Shown here: positions 1-14,179 of the stretch, piece after piece | How positions within the stretch are numbered: the first letter of the stretch is position 1 | How the letters are laid out: every line of letters begins with the position of its first letter | Assembly: GCF_009914755.1 (NCBI RefSeq) | Contig: NC_060929.1 | Reading direction: 5' to 3' (one strand) | Length of the DNA stretch: 64,000 nt | Source: the human T2T-CHM13v2.0 reference genome, Homo sapiens | Made by a program: the position numbers and the translations under genes | Notes under the pieces: model-generated | The model's input: the letters and a program-made list of their open reading frames with translations, nothing else | What the model was told of the DNA's origin: nothing | The model's database searches: none

Positions 1-398
1 CCATCAATGATATACTGGATAAAGAAAATGTGGCACATATACACCATGGAATACTATTCAGCCATAAAAAAGGGTGAGTTTATGTCCTTTGCAGCATCAT
101 GGATGAAGCTGGAAACCATCATTCTGAGCAAAGTAACACAGGAACAGAAAACCAAAGACTGCATGCTCTCACTCATAAGGGGGAGTTGAACAGTGAGAAC
201 ACATGGACACAGGGAGGGGAACATCACACACTGGGGCCTGTCACGGGTGTGGGGCTAGGGGAGGGATAACATTAGGAGAAATACCTAATGTAGATGACGG
301 GTTGATGGTGCAACAAACCACCATGGCACGTGTATACCTATGTAACAAATCTGCATGTTCTGCACATGTATCCTAGAACTTAAATTATAATAAAAAAA
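1..398 (+). mobile_element. L1PA 3' end (ORF2 C-terminus and 3'UTR, short A tail)
   Basis: Translates as ...[19 protein letters not shown]; G-rich L1PA 3'UTR; ends tataataaaaaaa. Confidence 0.95.
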
Positions 399-2231
399 TC
401 TGTCCGTTGTTTTGTGAATTATCATATTTAAACTCAGTTTCTGGTGGTTGGTGTCCAAAATAAGATTTTGCTTAGTGGTATGTCCAGAGCTTACAGAAGA
501 ATAACCAAAGGCTGGAAAAATATATCTTTCAGCCCAGCAACTTTATTATAGTACATATGGTAAACTGTGTAGAATGTTAAGGAAACATCCCATATTGGCT
601 TACCAGCTGCTGTTTTTATGGCAAGATTTTATTTAATATGTAAGGCTGGAGGGAGGTGTGAGAGGAAAGTAAAGAAAAGCTTTGGATTATTAAAGGTGTG
701 GGAAAGCTATTTACACTGCTTCAGGGATAAATAGGAGGGAAGGAGTACTCAGACAGAGGGAGCGAGTGATTATATGAAGAAAAATACTATGATGATACTA
801 ATTGTGTTTTGTAGGAATATGGATGCTGCCTCTTTGTCTCTAAATGTGCTACCCTGAATTACAAGTTACCTTTGGCTTTTTGATTCTACAAAATCATAGG
901 AGCTCCCTGAAATCTGGAGCATTTGCTCAGACTATTGCTTTCTGTTATCTACCCTAGGTCGGAAATATTTAAGTGTTTTTTCTTCAGTCCTACAGAGTTT
1001 TAGTCTGATACTTTAGAAAACAGAACTGAGTTCCTATTCGAAAAGATTTACTCACAGTGTTTTGTGTTATAAAGTCATACTCCAGGGTATCTTTTAGAGC
1101 AACAGCCCTGAACCAGGCTAAGAGGCATGGAGAAGAGCAGCACAGGGCTTCTGAATCCTGGCTGTGCATAGATGTGGGTTAAAATTAAAATATTACTAAC
1201 CTTTCCTCATCTGAGATAGTAAGATTTTGGAGCTTGAATTCTTCATGCTTTTTAATTACAAAAAATACGATGAAATTTCAGTGTTCTTGCAAAAATTTGA
1301 GTAATACAAGAATTGACAATATGAGAGGATGTCTTTAATAATTTTATGTAACACAATCAGATCTTTAACTTTTGCTCATGTAAAGTTTATAAAATTTAAA
1401 CTGCTTAAAATAATGGCAGTATTAGAATACTGAGATTCATAATAATGTAAATTAACACATATAACCCTTTTTTCTGTTTGTATATTATCTTTTAATATAT
1501 AATGAAAATGTTTAGGTAGTAAATACTAAGGTTAAGGTAAAGTCATATAATCTTAATTCATCTAACAGCTGCCTGTTGTTTCATATTTATTCCATTTTTG
1601 AAGTAGTTTACAAATGAAAAAAATTGTATGAATGCCTTGGCATTAAACAGCAGTTCTTGGAAATCAGGAAATTCCTAAGTTATACTTCCTCTAGCAGTGA
1701 TATATCAGCGTTATTTCTATGAGTTTAGTTATATTCAATTTTCCAGTTATATATACACCTTTAAAGTGTTATATAAGCCAATTTAAGCAAGTTAGTATTA
1801 GAGTAGAAGTGTAAACTTTGGAATTTCCTGATTTTTAACATTTTACTTTCTATGTTATTTTGGTGAACTGGATCATGCAACTTAATTTATACAGTTAGTA
1901 TGAATATACTTACAAAGAGCTAGATTTTATTTTCAGCCATCACATTATGAATAGCTTTTTTTAAAAAAGACTATTTCATCCTCTATAATGAAGTACTTAG
2001 TGTTTGCCATTCACTTTTGGTAGCTTTTAATTTTTACCTCTTCAGCTATGATCTGAAGTCATTCCAAAAGTTATGGTCTGTTCTATGTCTTCAGTAGAGA
2101 GTTATAGTTTCATAAATTATCCACCTGCTCTAGATGCGTTGTAGAGATACAAATAGAATTGCACATACTAACTGCAGAAGCCAAAGCATTGGGTATCACC
2201 TTCCTTGTTAATCCATTTTTTTTCCAACTGT

Positions 2232-2244
2232 TTTTGGGTTTTTG

Positions 2245-2275
<31 letters not shown>

Positions 2276-2278
2276 TTT
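2232..2278. repeat. (TTTTG)n microsatellite
   Basis: Direct reading of tandem units. Confidence 0.9.
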
Positions 2279-2319
2279 GGAACAAGGACAGTCATAATAT
2301 AGTAATATGAATTCATTCC

Positions 2320-3125
2320 TTAATTCTTTATTCAACAAACATCTATTGAAAATATGCCATGTGCCATATACTTCCAGGTATTGAAGATACAGCAGTAACC
2401 AAAGCAAAGTCCTTCTCTCTTAGAGCATTCATTCTAATAAGTGGAAAAAGAACATAGATTGAATAAGTGTATACTCTATCAGGTTGTGATTAACACTATG
2501 AAGAAAAATTAAGTAGGATATGGAGATGGAGAGCAATAACGGTACTATTTTAGGGAAGGCTTTTCTTCCTGATAATACCTAACTGGATACCTGAAAAAGA
2601 TGTGCATGTCTTAAGGAAAAACAATCCAGTAAGTAAGAACACCAATTGCAAAGGCCCTGAGATGGAAGTGTGCTTGCTAAATTCCCAGAAGGAGGCCAGT
2701 GTGGCAGGAGTAGAGTATGTGGGAAGAGAGGTTCAGATGATAAGGTGAGAGTAATAATGGGTATGGGAGGACATGGAATTCTGTATTGCCTTATAGGACT
2801 TGGTAAAGACTTTGAATTTTCCTCAAAATGGAGGATGTTGAGGAGAAACATACATGTTCTGAATTATAGTCTACAAGGATCACTATAGCTACTGCACAGA
2901 AAACAGATTGCAAGGGAGCAATGATATAACTGATGGATAATCAATTAGTAGAATAACCATTCAGTCACGAGATGGTAGTGGTTTAGACCAGAATGATGAT
3001 GGTGGAGGTAGTGAAAGGGGAATTCCAAAATACTTTGAAGGGAATATGGTAGGATTTGTTGGTTAGATACAAAGTGTGAGATAAAGTGAGTCATTAAAGA
3101 TAACCCCAAAATTTACCTGGATAAC
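2320..3125 (-). mobile_element. L2 3' fragment
   Basis: ttattcaacaaacatctattga matches the reverse complement of the L2 3' terminus, followed by purine-rich L2-like body. Confidence 0.8.
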
Positions 3126-3474
3126 TTGTGTCTCTCTTACTTGCCTATAGTTGTCTTTACAGAAATCCTTTCCTAACCATGTTGGATCTTCTCTAGGTAG
3201 TAGCCACTCTTACTCAATTTTTAATCAAAGCTAACAGTTGTCCTTGAAGTCTATTAATGTGTCCTATTTTAACTTCTCTATAAAGAAATGGTCAGTTTCT
3301 AAATGTTTACCAAAGTTTGAAACTCCTTTAAGCAATTTAAAACATAAGATTAACTTTTCGTTTTTTTAAATAATTGTACCTTATGGCAGATATAATATAG
3401 CTTGCTGACTAAGAGATGTGGAGAACCAGTTTGCTGGGGAACAGAGCTCTTTGTGATCTTTCATAACTATTTCC

Positions 3475-3752
3475 TTTACTTCCTGAATGTCTTTCTAAAT
3501 GCCACATTCAGAGTGGACTTTTCTCACCACCACATTTAAAACACTCCCGCATTACTTTCTATCTCCTTACCTTGTTTTATTTGTCTCAGTTGTATTTAAT
3601 ATATGATATATATATTTGTTTTTTATTTTTGTGTCTGTATCACCTCACTAAAATACAAATTTCTTAAGGGCAGTGGCTTTAAAAAAAAATTGCTGCAGCT
3701 CAGTGGGCTAGGTAGTTAGTAACTTACTATAAATGAATTGAATGAATAGATG
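3475..3752 (+). mobile_element. L2 3' fragment
   Basis: Pyrimidine-rich body ending aaatgaattgaatgaatagatgg. Confidence 0.65.
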
Positions 3753-3819
3753 GTTTTAAGTAGATGTCCTTATGTCACATAATGGGTGTTTATTAAATGG
3801 CAGCATGAAAAGAATAATG

Positions 3820-4478
3820 GGTATCCTTGTACATTACCGGTGGCAATGAATGTAAAATTGTATAGCCACTCTGGAAAACAATATGGCAGTTCATAAAAAA
3901 TTATACATAGAATTACCATATGACCTAGCATTGCTACTTCTGAGTGTATATTCAAAAGAATAGCAAGGACTCAGATATTTGTCCACCCATGTTTGTAGCA
4001 GCAGAATTCACAATAGCCAAAAGGTGGAGGCAACCCAAGTATTTATTGGCAGATGCATGGATAAGCAAAATATGGTATATATATGCAACGGGATATTATT
4101 CGGTCATAAAAAGGAATGAAATTCTGCCATACGTTGCAACATGGATGAAACTTGAAGACATTCAGCTAAGTAAAATAAGCCAGTCACAGAAGGACAAATG
4201 TGGTATGATTTTATTTTATGAGGTACATAGAGCGGTCAAATTCATAGAGACAGAAAGTAGAATGGTAGTTGCTAGAGGCCAGGGGGAATGAGGAGTAGGG
4301 AGTTATTGTTTAATGGGTACAGAGCTTCAGTTAAAGAAGATGAAAAAGTCTGGAGATGGATGGTGGTGATGGTTGCACAACAATATGAATGTACTTGTTG
4401 CCACAGAACTGTACTCAAAATGGTTAATTTGGCAAATTTTATGTTATGTATATTTTACCACAATTTAGAAAAAAAAAT
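3820..4478 (+). mobile_element. Old L1 (L1MB/late L1MA) 3' end
   Basis: ORF2 C-terminal remnant (TIAKRWRQPK...ATWMKLEDI) and terminus ttatgttatgtatattttaccacaattt plus A run. Confidence 0.9.
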
Positions 4479-4534
4479 GTTCTGAGCTTGAATGTCACAT
4501 TCACCTTGTTGGCTTTTTGGACTTATTCACTGTT

Positions 4535-4828
<294 letters not shown>

Positions 4829-5779
4829 TGGACTTATTCACTGTTCTGCTTTAGGCTTTTACAAATAGAATCTAAAACATTTAACCTAACATCTGAGATG
4901 TGGGTTTACCACTGTTATTCCAAGTCCTTTAATTTTGTATGTCTTCATTTTAAAGTCCCTAAGTTCATGTTATTAATGGTTATTTTCCTATATGTTTTAC
5001 TTTCTCATGTATATAAAATTCATATTTTAAAGTCTTAAATTCTGTTTTCTGATGTTGAGGGTCCTATAAGGTTGTACTCTTAATGGGTGGCTTACTTTCA
5101 TTTTCTCATTTAATTATTATTTTTAAAAAATTTCCTAGTTATTGATTCTCATGTTATTTCTTATGATTGTTGTCAGTATCTCCCTAAATCTAATAAGGAG
5201 ACAGAAACCACAAAGTAATTTTAAACAGGGGAAGTTTAATATAAAGAATTAGAAAGCTATGATACGTGAGTAACTATAAAAGTGTAAAGAGAACTGTAAC
5301 AAACATACTAGGCCTGAAGGAGGAGAGTATTTAAGGAAAAGAACAACTTGGAAGAGGGTCCTTCCCCAAAGTTAGAGTTCAGACCTTGTTAGAGAAGGTA
5401 CAATCTGCTAAGGCCAGAGTTGGTCTGTAGTTGCTGGGCAAGCAGGAAACAATCTTTTGGGGGTGCAGTCAAGCTGAGGCTCCTGGATGGGCTTGCAAAG
5501 GTAGTCACAGTGCCACTGATAGGTAGCATGTTCTAGATCACGTACTATTGTGTTGGAAGAGCCTCAGAGTGGTGATTAAGACAGGGATCCAGTGGACAAA
5601 GTGTCTTAATGGAGATGGGAAACTTGGGAGGGGTTGATTGTATTGGGTGGACCAGAAATAAGCTGGGACATTTGGAATGGGTTTTGAGAAAGGAAAGAAA
5701 GAGACAGCTTTCTCTCTCATCTTCATATGTTTAAAATACATGTAAATGTAAATGCTCTTTGCATTAATATCTTTTCATC

Positions 5780-6352
5780 TTCATTGCTTCAACTGAAGCT
5801 TTTATTATCTCCATCCTAAGGGACTGCATTATTCTCCTAATTTATCTTCCTGCCTTCAGAATCTTCCTCTTCCAACCTAGTGTCATTTTTCTAAAACAAA
5901 GTTCTGATATGATACTTTCCTGCTTAAAATGTCTAAGTGACCCCCCCCACCCCACTGCAGAATAATGTGACTTTGTAGGATCAGATCTCTGCCTACTCTG
6001 TTAGTTTCTTTTCATCCCACTTTCCCATAGTCATCCTAGGAACTTTCTGTATTCAATTTTTCAAAGATTTTCAAGCATCATTTTCTTCTCCTTTGCATAT
6101 TTTGTCCCTTCTCTTCTCCCTTACCTTTGCGTCTGGAAAAATCTATCAATCCTTTAAAACTTATATGCTACCTTGTTTGCCCAAACCTTTCTCAGTACTA
6201 AGTGGCCATTTCACTTTGAACATGCTTTCATTTGTATATGTATCTCTCATCCCACTTCATACTGAGTTTTGTTTCCTTATTCATATTTTTCCTTTTGGAA
6301 TTTACACAGCACATAGTGGGTGCTTAATAAACGTTTATTATCTGAACAAATA
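5780..6352 (+). mobile_element. L2 3' fragment
   Basis: Ends cacatagtgggtgcttaataaacgtttattatctgaacaaa, L2 terminus-like. Confidence 0.7.
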
Positions 6353-7704
6353 AACCTGCATACTTGGCTTTAATATTCTTTTACTCAGATAATATGAGCA
6401 TGTACCTTAACTTAAAAAGATAGGGTTCAGAATGGTACACACTATACTTGAGAGTTATTTGGGCTCTTTTGTGTTTTCTGCCTGTAAAAGAAATAAATAC
6501 TTCATTTTCCTAATGTTTAGGTATTTAGCTGTATGATAGATAAAGCAAGTTAGAGATAAGGAAAGTAAGGTGAAAATGAGCCAACTGCTTAAATGAATGA
6601 TGGAGTTGAGATAGAAACCACTTCATTTTGGATTGTCTTCTTTTATTCTCATTAGTATTATAAGATTGCTTAGATAAGTATTTATTTATTGAGCCTCTAC
6701 TATGTAACAAACATTGTGTTAGACCTGTGATTCTAGGTTCTTTCCCACTTCTTAAGATTCTGCGATTAATTAGTAAGATTAAAGCCTTAAACAAAACTTA
6801 CTTTATAAAATTGTTCTAAAGTATATGATTACATTACATATTTGGAGTTATTATAAAGTTACTATCAAATTAACGGATAATAAAGTACAATAAAATCCCT
6901 GAAGGCACCAAAAATGTATCTTGGGTATGCAAATGTAAATGTGTAAATATTTATAATTTTAAAAATGTGTGCATAACTATAATAACGGGGATGATGCCCC
7001 CTATTTGAGTTCCTGTCCCTAAAAACATTCACTATTCTAATTCCTAAGAAGCACTTAATATTATAGCATCAGGAGATATATCATCTCAGGCCAAGTTTAC
7101 TTTCTAGCCTAGATGGGCCTTTTGCAGTTAGTTGACTCTGCTTTTCTTAGCAGCATTAAGGAAAGTTGGTTTATAATAAGGTTTTAGCACAAAAGTTAAT
7201 GCCCTGATTTATTCTCAGAAGTGGTTAGCTGTAGTTGATGCAGATGGCCACTAGAATGTATTCATATAAACATCTTCCATTCCAAAATGTTAAGAAAATA
7301 TAACATTGTATACCTTAATTATTCAATTACATTAGATACATGTTATTTAATAATATACCTGAACCAGAGGCTTAGGGATTTCAGACGCTCTGTGTTAAAG
7401 GAATACAAAATAAGCTTGTTTTAAAATGTAATACATCATGCTTCTGTCCCCATGTTTACCTATGTAATTTTATGATTCCATAGGTAAAATAGCTGAAAGA
7501 GAACCATTATGTTATCAAACACTGTGTCATGCTTGCTGAGTTTGCAAAAATGTAAAACGTACAATGTGTAACTTTTATCTTCAGGAAGTTTATAACCTAA
7601 TAAATAAGATTCAATACACATAAAACCTTTAATGTACGATTAAGTGATAAAGTATTAAGACTATAAGTGTTGTGGGAGTTAAATAATTTTAAAACAGATT
7701 TTAG

Positions 7705-7845
7705 GAATAATCTAATATCTCATTTTATTGACGAGGAAACAAAAGTCTGGACTAGCTGTTTAACTCAAAAATCTGCCCAGAGTTACACTACTGGATAATG
7801 TCAGAACCAGACTAAGAACGCAGGTTTCCTGACTTTGGCCTGGTA
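7705..7845 (-). mobile_element. MIR fragment
   Basis: MIR core-like ctcattttattgacgaggaaac...cccagagttacac. Confidence 0.7.
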
Positions 7846-8816
7846 CTCTTTCCATTCGTAAATACCCACGAGCCTGTGTGGAATGGGCTTGATTCAAAGC
7901 ATGTAGAAGAAATGAGACATTGAAGGTTATGGGTAGGTGGTGGGGAGAAGAGCTGTTCCACAATGGAAGGAACAAGAAGGAAGCTTAAAAGACCTGGCAC
8001 AGAGCATAAGGAATGGCCTAATGAGAGTAGAAGGTATACAATAGGAATTAATTTCAGTTAGTAACCTGGGCCTGGATTGAAGCAGTCCTTGCAAACCAGG
8101 TAGTTTTTATGGGATAGGCACCAGAATGCTTTTATAGATTTCTTGAGCAGGATGACTTGATAAAAATTATATCAGTTTTATCAACTGGAAGGTCAGTGTG
8201 ATGGTAACCATGAAAGATTGAAGTAATATTGAGGCAGGAAAAGGTAGTAGTAGTAGGAATGAAGTAGAAAACTCAAATCTACAAGACATTTCTTGGGGGA
8301 AAATGATTGGACGAGATGGCAGTTTTCTATAGAAAATAAAGGTAAGAAGAGTGTAGCAAGCAGAATGCTATTTCCATGGACAGAAATAAAATAACTTGGA
8401 AGGAGGGCTGGGATGAATTGAGGTTTTTTGTTGTTACTCTTGATATTAAAAAGATTATTACTCAGTATTAAAGCTTACTGTAAAATATAGGATTTTAGGT
8501 TTTTGAGAGCTTTCCATATCTTTGGACAGTCAATACTGAAATTTTTGAATTTAGGGTTAATTGATTATATCTGTTGTATACACTTAGAGACGCTTGGGTT
8601 ACCTCTGTACATTTTCAGTTATATGTATAAAACATTTTTGAATGGAATAATACGTACATTCAGGTTTATAGAAACCTTGATGGATATGATTTAATACAAA
8701 TTAGCAATAGTATATCTAAATTTGTAATTGTCACTGATCCATTGCTTAGGATATATTTTAAAATATGTTCACTAAATTCTGTTTTCAGTTAAGTTATTCA
8801 TTTATCTTTTGTTTAG

Positions 8817-8852
8817 GTCCTAGGCCACTGAAATGGAGTACAAGAGAAGTGG
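8817..8852 (+). other. Candidate 36-nt exon of an unidentified host gene
   Basis: Pyrimidine tract ttcatttatcttttgtttag, then a purine-rich 36-mer, then gtattt; one open frame xPRPLKWSTREVx; non-repeat flanks. Confidence 0.3.
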
Positions 8853-9284
8853 GTATTTTTTCTAATTTGATTTTTTTCCTGTATTAGTGTTGGGATAATG
8901 GATTTGTATTTCATACATAATTTTAAGTGCCTCATATTTTTAATAATAGTTGCCTAGACAATACAATTTATTGTGAAATTTTCTATTAGCAGTTCATTCT
9001 AAATGTTTAAGAAATTATACGTTTTTCTCTTTTTGTGACCTTCAATCTTAAAAGTTTATTTGAAAAACGAATTTAGTGAAACCAAAATTAAAAAAAAATA
9101 AACTCCCTAACTAAAAAAATATATTCTTAAAACTATTTTTATAAAATCAATTTTTTTGACTTGGGATCATTTAGGGGGATCGCATATATTGTAGTATATC
9201 AGCTATTGACGACATTTTAATTCTTATCATTTTAATGAGTTTTTTGTTGTAATTTTTAGGAGAAAATGATGAAATGCTTATTTA

Positions 9285-9608
<324 letters not shown>

Positions 9609-10039
9609 TTAATTAGAAATCTGTTTCTGTAGTGTACTTCTCTATTGGATTACATTGAGATCTCTGGAAGTAGTATGTGAATGTATGGTCAGTTGATAAT
9701 ATGTGAATTCTAAATGCTGAAATTTATGCTTTTGGGGTGTTTGTTTATCAGTGTTCTTATTATTGACCAAGATTATGCTTTATATCTTCTATCTTCTGAA
9801 GTTGTGTGAAATAGTGATACAATACAAATTAAAGCTGAGCTGGTGTTTTACATCTAGTATGAAAGAAATTAGCAGAAATCAGAGCAGTTTAAACCTATCT
9901 ACATTATTGCTACTGAGTTTTGAGTCATAGATTTTTTTAAAAAGTATGAAACATGGTTAATCATAAAAATCCACATAAAGAAGGAAATAATAATAGGAAG
10001 TCTGTTTTGTCGAATTCTAGAAATATTTTTAGAGAACTA

Positions 10040-10097
10040 TTATTTTGAAATGTGCAGGATGCTTCTGGTCCAAGGACCATACTTTGAGAATCATTGT
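10040..10097. mobile_element. MER5A-like DNA transposon end
   Basis: gatgcttctggtccaaggaccatactttgagaatcattg resembles the MER5A terminus. Confidence 0.55.
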
Positions 10098-10261
10098 TAT
10101 AAATCATGGTGGAACCGTTTGACCTAATCAAAATTAAAATGAGAAGGAAGGTTTTTTAATTTAAGAAAGTTATCTTTAACTTCTGGCAACATGATCTTGC
10201 TTATCACAGTAGTAGGATATTATAAAATTGGCCAACATCTCAGCATTTCTTTAAACTTGCT

Positions 10262-10850
10262 ACTATATTCATTTATTCAGTAAATATTTACTAAACATCT
10301 AATATGTGCCAGGCATATTTCGAGCTGGAGATAAAGAGTAGGATAGACATAGCTCCTGCCCCCATGGAGTTTATATTCTCTTAGGGGACATATATATGAA
10401 CAAAAACAGGTAAACAGACAAATTATGTAGTTGCCAGTTGAAATATGTCATGTGAAGGACAAGAACAAGGAGATGATTGATACTATTAGCAAACTATTTT
10501 AGGTGTAGTGATCTCTGAGGAGATGACATTGAAATTGAGACCCACAGAAGAGAAACAACTAGGTCTGTTAAGAGGAGGGAGGCGCATTATTCAAGCAGAC
10601 AATTGAATGTATACAGGCTTTGAGGCAACAACAACAACAAAAAGTTTCTTTACTCTAAGAACTGATAGTAGTTTAGCTCTAGGCTACTATTTAATATTAA
10701 GATTATGGATGGAAGGCAGGGAGGGAGGTGAAAGAGAAAGAGGAGAGAAATTAAGAACAATAGGTTTCCGATTTATGTAAATTAATTAATGGTAGTATTG
10801 TTTACTGAAATGGGGAAGAGGTGTGGGGGGTGGGTGTCAGTGAGCTCAGC
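10262..10850 (-). mobile_element. L2 fragment
   Basis: ttcatttattcagtaaatatttactaaacatctaatatgtgccaggc L2 3' end in reverse. Confidence 0.8.
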
Positions 10851-11171
10851 TGTTTTGAGAGAGTTTGAGCAAAAAAAAAGTCAGTTGAGGTGATTAAAAA
10901 TTGATACATTAAAGTGAGAAATCAAAGAAGAAACTTTGTTGCTGAGACATTTAGACTATTTCTCAGATATTAATAAAATTTAGAGAACAAAACAGTATTC
11001 TAGAGAAACACTAAGGTTATTAATTAAGAGGAAAGCAATCTATTTGGGGAGGTTTAAGGGAATGTTGACATATACAAATACTAAAAAATTAGAAAGCCAA
11101 GTAAAAAGGGATTAAAATTCTATCTCCAAGTGGAAAAAATCAGGTTGTCCAGAAAATAATAAATACATGAT

Positions 11172-11539
11172 TGATATGGTTTGGCTGTGTCTCCTCACCC
11201 AAAATCTCATCTTTAATTGTAATCCCCATAATCCTCAAGGGCAGGACCAAGTAGATGTAATTGGATCATGGGGGCAGTTTCCCCCGTGCTGTCCTTATGA
11301 TAGTGAGTCTCAAGAGATCTGATGGTTTTTTAAGCATGTGGCATTTCCCCTGCTTGCACTCACTCCATCCTGCCACCCTGTGAAGAAGGTGCCTGCTTCT
11401 CCTTTGCCTTCTGCCATGATTGTAAGTTTCCTGAGGCCTCTCCAGCAATGCAGAAATGTGAGTCAGTGAAACCGCTTTTCTTTGCAAATTACCCAGTCTT
11501 CGGTATTTCTTCATAGCAATGTGAGAACAGACTAATATA
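11172..11539 (+). mobile_element. THE1 (C/D-like) MaLR solo LTR with 5-bp TSD
   Basis: Starts tgatatggtttggctgtgtc, ends gactaatata; TSD atgat at 11167-11171 and 11540-11544. Confidence 0.93.
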
Positions 11540-13249
11540 ATGATCATAAAGAGATTGTTGGTGAGAGAGGCCATTGACTCACCAGAGAACCTAGAAATAA
11601 ATTACCATGGGCATATAATATCTAACATTATATTGAGTTAGTCAAAATATGAAATGTTAATATTTATAGGGGAGACTAAGGATGATGCCAGAACTGAAAG
11701 AAAAATGTTTCTAGAAGACCTAAAACCTAAAGAACTTAGCAGACTCCTTGAGAAAAATGTAAATGCCTGAAGTAGTTTTGAAAATCTGGGTTTAGCTAGC
11801 TCATGCCCTAGAATTTCAGTGATTACATAGACTCATTAAAATGAAATTCAATCTTGTTTTTATTTTAAACATATTTTTCAGGTATCCAAGGGACTGTTAG
11901 GAGGACTTAAATAACCCATATCCTTATGAAAGTGAATTATAGGCCTCCTTGAAATTAATAAAAATCTTCAAAGTAGTATTTAATTTAAACTTGTAACTTT
12001 CTTTGTGTTCTGAGAGAGTGCTGTTTCTTTATATTTTAAAGAAATAGACCATTTCTGTTTTGTTCACCAATATATTCACTGCACTTAGCACACTGACACA
12101 GAGTAACCATTTAATAAATACTTTCTGAATGAATGTATAAATATAAATTTTACATTTAGTTTTGGGTTACCTGGATAGCTGATAATTAATGAAGCAGTTC
12201 CTTTGTGGCCCTTAGGAAATGTCTCTACTGTGACCATATTCAGGTATATATGGTGGCAGGCTATACGTGAATAGAATTAGTGCTTATTAGAAATGAGGTA
12301 GGATGTTTTTGAGATTATATGTTTCCATGCACTGCAGAGCATACTGGTGTTATTTTAAACAAAATATAAATAACTTTTGGATTTTGTGTGGATTTTAATT
12401 ATTTTAATCAGTCTCCCGTTAAGGGTTAATAATCCAGTTAACTATGTTGTTCTCAAATTCCAAATACTAAACTACTGAGGTCATGATGCTTTGGGGAACA
12501 AATACTATTAATGACTAGTGAAAGAAGTTTCATAGATCTCACATTGTTTCTGGAAGACCAATAGATGTATTTATTACCATAATAACACGTAGAAAAAGGA
12601 CAGACATTTCTATGTGGTTCTTAGTTCTGTCTCTTTTTTTTTAATCCAGGATGTCAATCCTTTTGTGTTCACTCCCTAATTATGTATTTACATTTTCTTT
12701 ATTTTTCTTAACTATATATCTGACCTTTTTTTTTTTCTCAAGGTCTTGATTAAAATCAGCTTTACTCTACAATAAGTTGAATTGATTTGGGCTTCTTTTT
12801 CTCATGATCCTATTATTTAGTGACTGTTTTCTTCAAATATTTGTTTCCATGACTTTTGTTACTTCTTTATAGACATATTTTTAGTAGTTGCAATTTCACC
12901 TCCACCCCGCCTTTCTGGGTTGATAATATTGGTTAACACTGACTCCTAGGGTACAGTCTCATCAATGTTGGTGTAGAAATAAGATATAATGAACACCAAA
13001 CCTAAAAAAGCAGCGTCAACTTTTACTCCAGCAGCAGTGGAGTTGTTATTTACCAAAAGAAAACAGATTCAGCAGAGATCTGTTAGAATGCCTATGTTAT
13101 GCCCTATTAATCTAAAACAGTTCCATGATAATTCTCTAGGGTTGAACTGTTTTTAATGGTATGTATGAGAAAACGTTTTATGGGCTTTTAGCCAGAAGAT
13201 TTTATATATAAATGGTAGTAGAGGAACATTGTTAAATTCATGAATCTTG

Positions 13250-13465
13250 GAGGCAATGTAATATAATCGATTTTGGGGCTTTTAAATCAGCTTTGAATCC
13301 TGACCCCTTCACTTATTAACTTCGTGACTTTAGGCAAGTTACTTGACTCCTCTGGGCCTTAACTTCCTATTTTGCAAAATGAGAATAATATGACTTCCTG
13401 ACAAGAATTTTGAAAGAATAGAAGGCAGTTATACAAAATGTGTGATACAAGTTTTGGCACATACA
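13250..13465 (+). mobile_element. MIR
   Basis: gtgactttaggcaagttacttgactcctctgggccttaacttcc MIR core. Confidence 0.75.
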
Positions 13466-14179
13466 GGTTTCTTCCCAAAGATGAACAAGTCCTACTGCTA
13501 AGTATAGAAAGGGAGATATAAGTACAAGTTCCTCGTTATTTCTTAGAGCTTTGCGCCCATAGATCTTTATATTGTCTTAACCTATGTGATCCACAATGAC
13601 CCAAACTACAATGTATGTCTTAAGAAAGCATAGAATTTTTACTTTTTTTTCAGTTTGAACAAAAATGGTCAGTTGTGCTCTGAGTCCTAGGTGTCTTCTA
13701 GATATAAATATGTGGGAAGGACAAAGGCAAGGGGCATTTAACAGAACCTCAGGTCCTACTTCTAGCAGAGCAGCTATACTTTTCTGTTTTACCATTTGTA
13801 TTTCTGTGCAAGATATTGATTGAACAAAGGGGTCTGTGTATTACAAAAAAGCTTGAAAAAACAAAAGCAGGGTCAAGCAGTCTATTTCTTGGCTTTCCTT
13901 TTTCTCCGATGCCACCCTGCTTTCTCCTTGGCGTTTTAAAGTTTGTGGGAATGGGTGGGAGTTAGGGTGGGGAAGTAGGGAGGAATTCCATTCTGTCTTA
14001 TTGCATGGAGTTCTCTGAGAACAAAACATAGCAAAAGGACAAGGGTCCTATGTAAAGAGGGCATTTCTGGTGGAAAAATTCCTTGACCTCCTTAGCTCTT
14101 GCGTTGAACTCTATCAACAAAGAGCTATGTTTTGAGCCTTGATTACAAATTTTAAAACTGGTAAATAACAAATACATCT

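Noticed and set aside
5185-5600. Possible very old LTR fragment
   Set aside because: Only vague resemblance; family and boundaries cannot be supported
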